A stretch of 64,000 bases of DNA, from the NCBI GenBank assembly GCA_039961715.1, contig JABRVW010000042.1, positions 1,025 through 65,024 on the forward strand. The letters run 5' to 3'. The notes beneath the pieces were generated by a model, which saw nothing but the letters and a program-made list of their open reading frames with translations, was not told where the DNA came from and searched no databases. A program made the translations under genes and the position numbers. Shown here one piece after another: positions 39,608-47,063 of this stretch. Each line of letters opens with the position of its first letter. The stretch's first letter is position 1. The stretch is from Ignavibacterium sp. (lineage in GTDB: Bacteria; Bacteroidota; Ignavibacteria; UBA10030).

Positions 39608-39891
39608 AGAATCTGTTCAATTTTCTTGTGATCGAAATCAGCAATCAAGCGTTTCTTGCGATCTGTATTGTATCTCTTCTTCAGTTCCCACTCCCTCCAC
39701 ATGGCCTGACGGCGCGTGACAAACTCCTCAAAATACCCCAACTCGTAGGGAGCGTGGGCCTTCGTGGTCTTTATCAGCCCCCTGTTATGCCTGCTAAGAC
39801 GATCCTTGATATCATTCGTTTGACCCGTATACAACGACCCATCCACCAGGCTCTTCAATATGTAAACGATGAACATAAACTCCCCCCTGTT
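39577..39891 (-). mobile_element. Putative minimal GIY-YIG cassette: 16-nt leader + 92-aa ORF + replacement copy of tRNA-Ala nucleotides 1-31
   Basis: The segment is bounded upstream by a displaced older copy of tRNA nt 1-31 (39893-39955) and downstream by tRNA nt 32. The junction is exact at the anticodon stem/loop boundary. This is an interpretation, not a demonstrated element. Confidence 0.4.
39598..39876 (-). CDS. GIY-YIG nuclease family protein (catalytic domain only, 92 aa)
   Basis: MFIVYILKSLVDGSLYTGQTNDIKDRLSRHN carries the GIY...YIG motifs and the conserved Arg; the acidic residues in ELGYFEEF are a candidate for the catalytic Glu. AGGGGGGAG lies just upstream of the ATG. The last three sense codons and the TAG stop use tRNA nt 1-10. 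Confidence 0.85.
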   Translation of the reverse strand: MFIVYILKSLVDGSLYTGQTNDIKDRLSRHNRGLIKTTKAHAPYELGYFEEFVTRRQAMWREWELKKRYNTDRKKRLIADFDHKKIEQILGL

Positions 39892-39892
39892 C

Positions 39893-39955
39893 CGAAGCGC
39901 TCTCCTCTACGAGTCTACGACTCGTAGAGTCGTAGACCAGCTGAGCTACAGCCCC
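39893..39955 (-). pseudogene. Displaced tRNA-Ala 5' fragment (nt 1-31) interrupted by a 32-nt palindromic insertion in the D-loop
   Basis: The minus strand reads GGGGCTGTAGCTCAGCTG + [32 nt] + GGAGAGCGCTTCG. This is identical to nt 1-31 of the intact tRNA apart from the insert at 39906-39937. Confidence 0.85.
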
Positions 39956-40058
39956 AGAATCTGTTCAATCTTCTTGTTGTGATCGAAACTGGCAATCAAG
40001 CGTTTCTTGCGATCTGTATTGTATCTCTTCTTCAGTTCCCACTCCCTCCACATGGCCT
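39946..40058 (-). pseudogene. 5'-truncated second copy of the GIY-YIG gene (last ~36 codons, ...MWREWELKKRYNTDRKKRLIASFDHNKKIEQILGL*)
   Basis: Near-identical to 39598-39707, including a 75-nt perfect stretch. It differs by a few substitutions and one in-frame 3-nt indel. It ends in the tRNA fragment exactly as the intact copy does. Confidence 0.8.
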
Positions 40059-40185
40059 CCAGTCCCGAAAAGATAGAAGCGGGACTCGTTTCAAACCTAT
40101 GCTACATCAATCGTTAAGATACGAAACTTCAAGTTGGGAGGCAACCGGAACGATCTACCTCATGATTCCTGGAACATTGCGAAGG

Positions 40186-40213
40186 CCGGATCGTTGATTC
40201 CGGGCGTTTTTTT
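40186..40213 (+). terminator. Orphan plus-strand hairpin + T7 tract upstream of mazG
   Basis: CCGGA-tcgttgat-TCCGG followed by GCGTTTTTTT. There is no plus-strand gene upstream. The stem is short, so this is only terminator-like. Confidence 0.35.
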
Positions 40214-40239
40214 CAATACCCTTTTTCCCCGGAGGATTC

Positions 40240-41016
40240 ATGAAAAACCCTCGCCAAAGAGCCTTTGACAGATTCTTTTCCGTTGTGCGCCGGTTACGAC
40301 GGGAGTGCCCGTGGGATCGTCAGCAAACGCACCGGTCCATCCGCCACAGCCTCCTCGAAGAAACGCACGAAGTCATCGAAGCGATTGACCGTGGGGATAT
40401 GGATCACCTCAAACAAGAGCTGGGAGACCTCTTGCTCCATGTTGCCCTGCATTCCGTGATGGCCGAAGAACGGGGCCGATTCAGCATGAACGAAGTTCTT
40501 CATACAATCACGGAAAGACTTGTCTATCGCCACCCGCACGTGTTCGGCACGGTCAGAGTTCGGTCCGCCCGCGAAGTCAAGGACAACTGGGAAAAACTGA
40601 AACTCGCCGAGGGACGCTCCTCGATCATCGACGGCGTACCGAAGACGCTTCCCGCGCTTCTGAAGGCCCGAAGGCTGCAGGAAAAAGCCTCCAAGGTCGG
40701 TTTTGACTGGAAAAGCAAGGGGGGCGTGTGGAAGAAGGTCGAGGAAGAGCTTGCGGAACTTCGGAGGGCAGTTCGAACGGGGTCAGCCCGGCAGAAGGAG
40801 GAAGAATTTGGCGACCTCCTGTTTTCGCTCGTGAACTACTCCCGGTTCATCGGTGTTCACCCGGAGCTGGCACTGCAAAAAGCCTCTGCAAAGTTCTCCC
40901 GAAGATTCAGGAGAATGGAGAAGGAACTGACGCGCCGCGGCATCCACGCCGCAGAGGCCGGACTCGAGCTCATGGACTCCATTTGGACGAAACAGAAGAA
41001 ACGGCAACGAAGCTAG
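40240..41016 (+). CDS. mazG: Nucleoside triphosphate pyrophosphohydrolase MazG (tandem-domain type)
   Basis: LR.ECPWDR.QTH.S....LLEETHEV.EAI and a second EELGDLLF-type repeat. GGAGGA lies upstream of the ATG. Confidence 0.9.
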   Translation: MKNPRQRAFDRFFSVVRRLRRECPWDRQQTHRSIRHSLLEETHEVIEAIDRGDMDHLKQELGDLLLHVALHSVMAEERGRFSMNEVLHTITERLVYRHPHVFGTVRVRSAREVKDNWEKLKLAEGRSSIIDGVPKTLPALLKARRLQEKASKVGFDWKSKGGVWKKVEEELAELRRAVRTGSARQKEEEFGDLLFSLVNYSRFIGVHPELALQKASAKFSRRFRRMEKELTRRGIHAAEAGLELMDSIWTKQKKRQRS

Positions 41017-41091
41017 GCCCGCTGGGCGGAAGCCGACAACATTCCGTGACGATGGTAAGAGGTGTCAAGCCTCGTGCTGCCGGAGCCGGAA

Positions 41092-42087
41092 CTACGCCCG
41101 GCCGTTTTCATCCCTTTGCTGGTTGGCTCCGTGGTAGCGGTCGTACGCGTCGATGATGTCCTTCACCAGCCTGTGCCGGACAACGTCGTTGCGGTCGAGA
41201 TAAGCAAACGCCACCCCCTGAATTTCCTGCAGAACATCCTGAATCTGAACAAGGCCCGAAACCGTCTTCTGCGGCAGGTCAATCTGCGTGATGTCCCCCG
41301 TAATGATGGCCCGTGAGTTCGCCCCGAGCCGCGTGAGGAACATCTTCATCTGCATGGCGCTGGCATTCTGTGCTTCGTCCAGGATCACAAACGCGTTGTG
41401 CAGGGTCCGCCCGCGCATGTAGGCCAGAGGGACGATCTCAATGATGCGCTTCTCCATGTAACTCCTCAACTTCTCAACCGTCAGCATGTCGTCGAGCGCG
41501 TCATAGAGCGGACGGAGATAAGGATCCACCTTTTCGCGCAGATCGCCCGGCAGGAATCCCAGACTTTCTCCTGCTTCCACTGCCGGTCGTGCAAGAACGA
41601 TCTTTGTCACATCCCGGTTTTTCAATGCCGCAACCGCCATGGCGACGGCCAGGTAGGTCTTGCCGGTCCCCGCCGGTCCGATCGCAAACACGATATCGTG
41701 CGTCCGGATCTTCTGAACATACGCCTTCTGGCCCGGAGTCCTGGGTCTGATGATGCCGACCTTCGTGTAGAGGATGGCCTGATCGGCCTCTTCGGTCGGC
41801 ACACCCGCCGGCGGCTCGGCAACCGATCCGTTCACCGACACCAGATCGATCACGGTGTCCACGTCATTAGGCGAAAGGTTGCCGTTCTTGTTCAGAATGT
41901 AGATCAACTCCCTGAAGATCTTCTCCAGCCTCCCCACATCCTCTCTCTTTCCCCGCAGGGTCACCGTATCGCCACGCACCGTGATAGTCGCATCGAACCG
42001 GTCTTCGATCAGCTGCAGGTGGGCATCGTTATAGCCCAGCAGCTGTACCGTATCCACGCCGCGCAACTCGATCTTCCGTTCAGTCAA
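41092..42087 (-). CDS. phoH: PhoH-family ATPase
   Basis: AIGPAGTGKTYLAVA (Walker A), FVILDEAQN and ITGDITQIDLP. A TTG at 42087 with GAGGAGG 10 nt upstream gives 331 aa, the normal size. The 408-aa track ORF runs through a terminator and into the preceding gene. Confidence 0.82.
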   Translation of the reverse strand: MTERKIELRGVDTVQLLGYNDAHLQLIEDRFDATITVRGDTVTLRGKREDVGRLEKIFRELIYILNKNGNLSPNDVDTVIDLVSVNGSVAEPPAGVPTEEADQAILYTKVGIIRPRTPGQKAYVQKIRTHDIVFAIGPAGTGKTYLAVAMAVAALKNRDVTKIVLARPAVEAGESLGFLPGDLREKVDPYLRPLYDALDDMLTVEKLRSYMEKRIIEIVPLAYMRGRTLHNAFVILDEAQNASAMQMKMFLTRLGANSRAIITGDITQIDLPQKTVSGLVQIQDVLQEIQGVAFAYLDRNDVVRHRLVKDIIDAYDRYHGANQQRDENGRA

Positions 42088-42111
42088 AGCGAAGGGTTCC
42101 TCCTCACATCC

Positions 42112-42168
42112 CCAACAAAACGAAACGCCCGCACAACCGTCCTCCACGGGACGTTCGGGGGGCGTTTC
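42112..42168 (-). terminator. Intrinsic terminator-like structure downstream of the LysM gene
   Basis: 9-bp outer stem GAAACGCCC/GGGCGTTTC with an inner 5-bp helix, followed on the minus strand by GTTTTGTTG. Confidence 0.55.
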
Positions 42169-42236
42169 AGAATCATCGGATTGTTCAAGCGATCGTACGT
42201 TGGATCTGCTTCTCCCTGGTTCCGGAGGGTTCCGGT

Positions 42237-42977
42237 CTACTTGTTCCTCCAGTATGCACGCTCCGCAGACCGTTCTTCGCTGGTCAGGGGCGCCTTGGGC
42301 GGAACCTTCAGCACCCATCCGGGCTCAATGATATCCGCGTTCTTGATGAGATTGCGGTTGGCCTGGTAAATCTTTGGCCACAGGAAGGCGTTATCGTAGA
42401 TTCTCTTCTTCTTCGCAATATTCCACAGGCAGTCGCGGTCTTTCGCCCATGTGCCGACGGTGTACGTCATCATGCCCATGCCGGACTCGGCATACTGCTT
42501 CAGCGTCGCCTTCAGGGCATCCAGACGTTTCTGCTGGTCGGCCAGACGGTCATAGTACCTCGGAATGGCGGACAGCTTGTTCTTCTTTGCGTCTGTGATC
42601 CATTTCTGGACCTCATCGACCTCCGCACGGCGGTTCCAGAGGTCCTCATTCGAAAGCCTGGACAACTCATTGAGTTTGTCGTCGATTTTCTGGAGGGTCG
42701 CCTCGAAAGCGGAAACATCGGCGGCGCTCGCGCCAGTCATGGCGATGAGTTCTTCTTCACACTTCCTGAGGGCAGCAATCTTCTCAGCTTCCTGATTCTT
42801 CAGGTTCTCGACCTCACCTCTCAGCGCTGTCAGTTTCCCCTGCAGATCGTTCCGCTTCGCCGTCCATTCGTTCATCTGCTTCTGCCACTCTTCTTTCCCC
42901 ACTTCCTGTGCGTACACTCCGGCGCTCAACAGCATGGCCAGGAGCGACACGAATCCGATTTTCACGATGGTCTTCAT
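42237..42977 (-). CDS. Secreted coiled-coil protein with C-terminal LysM peptidoglycan-binding domain
   Basis: Signal peptide, about 130 aa of heptad-like E/K/L-rich sequence, then YTVGTWAKDRDCLWNIAKK...IEPGWVLKVP (LysM). Confidence 0.75.
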   Translation of the reverse strand: MKTIVKIGFVSLLAMLLSAGVYAQEVGKEEWQKQMNEWTAKRNDLQGKLTALRGEVENLKNQEAEKIAALRKCEEELIAMTGASAADVSAFEATLQKIDDKLNELSRLSNEDLWNRRAEVDEVQKWITDAKKNKLSAIPRYYDRLADQQKRLDALKATLKQYAESGMGMMTYTVGTWAKDRDCLWNIAKKKRIYDNAFLWPKIYQANRNLIKNADIIEPGWVLKVPPKAPLTSEERSAERAYWRNK

Positions 42978-43003
42978 TGTCCTTGTTTCTCCTGTGCTGT
43001 TGA

Positions 43004-43264
43004 TTACATGCCTTTCAAACGCTGTTCGACGACTTTTTTGTCGTCCTCACATTTCTTGAGCTGCGCATCCTTGTCTGCGATCGACGTCTGGAGACGCGCC
43101 TTTTCAGATTCGAGATTCTGGACCTCCTTCTCCATCGAGGCAACCTCGGCCTTCAGCTCTTCCAGCTGGCGCAATTCTTCCTCTGTGGCGTTGCTGCTGC
43201 ATCCCGCCAGCAGAAGACCGGTCATGCACACAGCCCCGATCATCAGCGTCATCGACTTCTTCAT
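43004..43264 (-). CDS. Small coiled-coil lipoprotein (86 aa)
   Basis: MKKSMTLMIGAVCMTGLLLAGCSS lipobox followed by EELRQLEELKAEVASMEKEV... GAGGAG lies 9 nt upstream of the ATG at 43264. Confidence 0.6.
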   Translation of the reverse strand: MKKSMTLMIGAVCMTGLLLAGCSSNATEEELRQLEELKAEVASMEKEVQNLESEKARLQTSIADKDAQLKKCEDDKKVVEQRLKGM

Positions 43265-43328
43265 TGGTGAATTCTCCTCGAAATGAAAGATTATTCTGCC
43301 TGTTTGCGAGGAACGGAAATGCTCATCC

Positions 43329-43357
43329 ATGATACAAATTTGAGAAACGAATGTCAA
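43329..43357 (-). promoter_or_regulatory. Sigma70-type promoter TTGACA-17 nt-TATCAT for the lipoprotein/LysM genes
   Basis: On the minus strand, TTGACA (43357-43352), a 17-nt spacer, then TATCAT (43334-43329). It sits about 65 nt upstream of the ATG at 43264. Confidence 0.6.
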
Positions 43358-43391
43358 GAATATCCACAACGCTGTTGACGCCCGTCAATCC

Positions 43392-44078
43392 TCACATCTG
43401 GCCGCGTTCTGCAAGGCTAACGTAGCGTCCATCCGCAAGAATGATATGATCATGCACGGGGATTCCAAGGATCCTGCCTGCCTCCACAAGCTGACGTGTC
43501 ACCGCAAGGTCTTCCTGGCTCGGTTCCGGATTCCCGCTGGGGTGGTTGTGCAGAAAAATGATGCTGGCGGCATGGAGTTTGATCGCCTCAGCAAAGCACT
43601 CTCGCGGGTGAACAAGCGAGGAGTTCAGGGTGCCGCTCGTTATACGCAATTCACGAATGGGCTGGTTCGCCGTTGAAAGGAGAATCGCCCAGAATTCTTC
43701 GTGCCTCAAGTCCCTCAGCAGAGGTCCGTACCGTGCGACCACATCCGCCGGTGCGCGGAACACCGGCGCCTCGGAGCCCCCGGATGCCTCGAGCCGGCGT
43801 GCAAGCTCGAACGCCGCCACGATTGTTGCCGCATGCACCGTCCCGAATCCGCACGAGCGGAGATCGGATGCGGTCATGCGCGCCAGTTCCCGGAGGGCAC
43901 GCACTCCGGTCAGAAGTTGTCTCGCCCGGTCAAGCGCGGTCACTCCGCGTGCGCCGGTCCGCAGAAGGATTGCCAGGAGCTCGGCGTCGCTCAGGGCGCT
44001 CGCCCCCAGACGAACAAGCTTTTCCCTTGGCCGGTCCCCTTCCGGCCAGTGCTTGATGCTTCGATTCCCCCGTTCCAT
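43392..44078 (-). CDS. radC: RadC-family JAB/MPN domain protein
   Basis: KL...G...LSDAELLAILLRTG (HhH region) and HNHPSGNPEPSQED (JAMM motif). Start taken at the internal ATG 44078. Confidence 0.85.
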   Translation of the reverse strand: MERGNRSIKHWPEGDRPREKLVRLGASALSDAELLAILLRTGARGVTALDRARQLLTGVRALRELARMTASDLRSCGFGTVHAATIVAAFELARRLEASGGSEAPVFRAPADVVARYGPLLRDLRHEEFWAILLSTANQPIRELRITSGTLNSSLVHPRECFAEAIKLHAASIIFLHNHPSGNPEPSQEDLAVTRQLVEAGRILGIPVHDHIILADGRYVSLAERGQM

Positions 44079-44085
44079 CTCCCCC

Positions 44086-46113
44086 CTATCGTATTGTGTG
44101 TTGTCCGGTCTCTTCCTTCTCGACTTCCATTTCGAGAAGATCCGCCTCGCCGATCTTTCTGATGACGCGGTTTTCAAACCGAAAGATCGTCAAAAACGAA
44201 TTGACGCGCCGTTCATCGATAGAAAACGATGTATGCCACCCCTTGAGCCTCCGCACCCCCGTCAGCGACGCGGCAATGTCATTCCTCGTTGCCGAACCCC
44301 GGGCAATCAAGTCGAGCAACAATTTCATGGCATCGTAGCCAAAGAGGGCGTTTATCGTCGGCGGCCTTCCGAACTCCTTCTGAAATCGGGCCACAAAAAC
44401 CCGGTATCCCGGATCACTCTGATCGATGTGCGTGTCGTTGGAATACACGACGCCGTCGGCGTACTCACGATTCATGTCCAGACTCGCCAGGTCATGCCAT
44501 TCGCCCGTGCCCAGCAACTGGGTCTGAAAATTGAAATAGCGGATCTGTGATGTGACCACACCGATTTCATCGGCGCTGGCAACGGGCAGGAACATCGCAT
44601 CGATGTTCTTCACCGCGAGCCCCAGGCTGTCATACTTGATCACGGCCCGCTCCGTGGGGATTCTGAGCGAATCGGCGAGCAGGCGTCCGTCGGTACCCAG
44701 GAGCTCCTCAACCGGGATTTTCGCTCCCCACTCAACGAGCGAATCGAGAACCTCGGCTGAGACGCCGAGCATGAGCAAGTTCTTGATGTCCTCGTAACGC
44801 AGGGTTCCGCCGAAGTTGATGACCAACGGCTCCGATTTGTCGAGTGCGCGGCGACGCATCGTGGATAGCTGCATCCGAAGGTCCGTTGCCCCGCGTTGAT
44901 ACCACTGCTGATCGATCACCTCCCCGCCAAGGCGCGCCACCTCATCCACGAATGCGTCAGCGATGGACTTCGGAATCTGTTCGACCGGCGACAGGACCGC
45001 AAAGGTGCGGGCACCGAGATCGAAGGCGTACCGGGCCATGACGCGGCCGCGGGCGTCCAGATCGGGATTCAACTGGAACACGTACGGCCCGATGGACGCA
45101 ATGCCGTTGGCCGTGGCCGTCGGCGTGAGCATCGGCACGCCGCGTGCATTGGCGATCCCCGCCGCGGCAAATGCCTCGTTACTGAAGGCCGGTCCGACAA
45201 TCGCCATGACGCCCTCATCGGAACAGAGCTCCGTCACAACGCGCGCCGCAGCGCCCGGGTCGCGCTCGGAATCGCGGACCTCCAGACTGACCTTCGGAAG
45301 CATCGCGGCATTATATTCCTCCACGGCCAGCTTGATGCCGTCATACATCTCAACCCCAAGATCCCTCTGCCCGGGCTGGCTCATCTTCAGCATCAGGGGA
45401 AGCACAACGCCAATCTTGATGACTCCACTCCCCTCAACTCTCCGCAGCATTTCGATCGCCCTATCCACATACGCAACATGTACAGGCAGGTCAACGAACG
45501 GCACAAGCAAGTCCCTCGCCGCCTTCACATCCCCCGTTCTCAGCAGTCGTTCCGCAAGCCGTATGGACAGAAGAATGTCAACCGGCCGGCGCGGGGCACT
45601 GTTGAGCAAAAGTTGCAGGTCGCCAACGCTGAGGTATTGCTCCGCCAATCCGTCCAGAAGCCTTTCAGCGCGCGAACGCAAGAGCGCGTCACTGCTCGAG
45701 CGATGCGCCGTGACCAACTCCTCCGCCGCATCGTCATACCGCATCATGCGGAAGAAATCCAGCCCGAGGGTGTAATGGGCATCGGGAATGTATGACGATT
45801 CGGGGTAAAGGTCGATGAAGTTCTTGAGGATGCGGACCGATTCGCGGAAATTGCCCAGCCTGTAAGTGGCCTTCCCCGCCATGATGTAGGCCCCCGTCGT
45901 TCGGTGGTGAAATGGGAACTCGCGGATACAGCGCAGAAAGGCCGCGGCTGCGCTGTCAAAACGCTCCGCCTGGAAATGCCGCATGGCCTGCACGAACACG
46001 CGCTCCACGTCCGGCCGGAAGATCAGGCTGTCGATGGTCTGACCGTGCGCGTTCCCCGGGAGAGCAAGCGCGGCAGCACCGATCAGCGCAAAGACCCGGA
46101 ATATGCTCCTCAT
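44086..46113 (-). CDS. Secreted TPR (BamD/YfiO-like) + type-1 periplasmic binding protein (Leu/Ile/Val-binding fold) fusion
   Basis: Signal peptide, TPR-like N-terminal half, then IGVVLPL....G......G..LAV.E.N and AIVGP....A.AAA.IA...GVPM.TP. Confidence 0.65.
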   Translation of the reverse strand: MRSIFRVFALIGAAALALPGNAHGQTIDSLIFRPDVERVFVQAMRHFQAERFDSAAAAFLRCIREFPFHHRTTGAYIMAGKATYRLGNFRESVRILKNFIDLYPESSYIPDAHYTLGLDFFRMMRYDDAAEELVTAHRSSSDALLRSRAERLLDGLAEQYLSVGDLQLLLNSAPRRPVDILLSIRLAERLLRTGDVKAARDLLVPFVDLPVHVAYVDRAIEMLRRVEGSGVIKIGVVLPLMLKMSQPGQRDLGVEMYDGIKLAVEEYNAAMLPKVSLEVRDSERDPGAAARVVTELCSDEGVMAIVGPAFSNEAFAAAGIANARGVPMLTPTATANGIASIGPYVFQLNPDLDARGRVMARYAFDLGARTFAVLSPVEQIPKSIADAFVDEVARLGGEVIDQQWYQRGATDLRMQLSTMRRRALDKSEPLVINFGGTLRYEDIKNLLMLGVSAEVLDSLVEWGAKIPVEELLGTDGRLLADSLRIPTERAVIKYDSLGLAVKNIDAMFLPVASADEIGVVTSQIRYFNFQTQLLGTGEWHDLASLDMNREYADGVVYSNDTHIDQSDPGYRVFVARFQKEFGRPPTINALFGYDAMKLLLDLIARGSATRNDIAASLTGVRRLKGWHTSFSIDERRVNSFLTIFRFENRVIRKIGEADLLEMEVEKEETGQHTIR

Positions 46114-46125
46114 GGATTCCGCACC

Positions 46126-47043
46126 CTACCGCCCGATCCTGCGCACAAGCTGTTCCTTCCCTTCAAGGGCTTTCCGGTTGCTGGGCTCGAGCGCCAGCGC
46201 ACGTTCAAAGCATTCGAACGCAGTATCCATGTCGCCCCGGTGCATGTACAGAAGTCCCACATTCGCGATTGCATCCGTCAGGTGCGGATTGAGATCCAGG
46301 GCTTTGCGCAGGTACTGTTCGGCTTCGTCATATCGTTCAAGCGACAACAACGCCTCCCCGCACATATGCCATCCATTCGGCTCGTTGGGATCCATCTCAA
46401 TAGCTGAGACGAATTCCTCATAGGCCTGGTTCCATTCACGTACCTGTGCAAACGCCAACCCCAGCAGATAATGCCCGATCCAGCTGTACGGATCGAGGGC
46501 GACCGCCCTCCGCAGGACGGTGATCGACTCGGTGACCGCCCCCCGGCGCAGGAGAAGCTCTCCCAGGGATTCATGGATCTTGGGAAAATGAGGATCGATC
46601 CGCTTGACCTTGCGGAAATGCGTTTCCGCCAGGCGGAGGTTGCCTTTGGAGAAGTAGCAGATGGCAATGTTGAAATGCAGGTGGGAACGAAGCCGGCGTG
46701 AAAGGTCCTTCTCGCGGAACAGCAATTTCTTGTAAGAGACCAGCGCGCGGTCGAACGCGGCGGTCTTCTGATGCAGGTTCCCCAGGAGATACAGAATCTT
46801 GTTCGGATCCCTTGTGGATGCAGAGGCTTGTTGAAGGACCCTCTCCGCCGCGTCATACTGGTTAAGCTCGGAGTACACATGGGACAGTTCCACCCACGCG
46901 GCCTCCATGGACGGCGCCAGGGTCGTCAGCCTGTTGTAGATCTGAGCGGCATGGAGGTACTTTCGCTCATCCACAAACGAGCGCGCCTGCTCCAACATCT
47001 GCGACAGCGTGATTTCATCGACCATACGGCAAGAAGATAGCAA
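46126..47043 (-). CDS. Tetratricopeptide repeat protein
   Basis: Serial 34-aa repeats with the A..Y..AL.L.P pattern. Confidence 0.8.
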   Translation of the reverse strand: MLSSCRMVDEITLSQMLEQARSFVDERKYLHAAQIYNRLTTLAPSMEAAWVELSHVYSELNQYDAAERVLQQASASTRDPNKILYLLGNLHQKTAAFDRALVSYKKLLFREKDLSRRLRSHLHFNIAICYFSKGNLRLAETHFRKVKRIDPHFPKIHESLGELLLRRGAVTESITVLRRAVALDPYSWIGHYLLGLAFAQVREWNQAYEEFVSAIEMDPNEPNGWHMCGEALLSLERYDEAEQYLRKALDLNPHLTDAIANVGLLYMHRGDMDTAFECFERALALEPSNRKALEGKEQLVRRIGR

Positions 47044-47063
47044 CTCGGGGAGTGAATAGCAAT

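Noticed and set aside
39535-39955. Split or intron-containing tRNA-Ala with the GIY-YIG gene as an intron-encoded homing endonuclease
   Set aside because: The downstream tRNA is complete (nt 1-73) and folds on its own. The upstream piece duplicates nt 1-31 rather than complementing a missing half. No group I or II intron core is apparent in the roughly 290 nt between them.
39400-40240. Integrase- or prophage-type genomic island at the tRNA
   Set aside because: No integrase, recombinase or phage genes occur within several kb on either side. The duplicated part of the tRNA is the 5' end rather than the 3' end.
41092-42318. 408-aa version of PhoH with an N-terminal extension
   Set aside because: The extension overlaps the LysM gene by 82 nt, runs through a terminator-like hairpin, and is Gly/Arg/Pro-rich junk. 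A TTG start with a good RBS gives the canonical 331-aa length.
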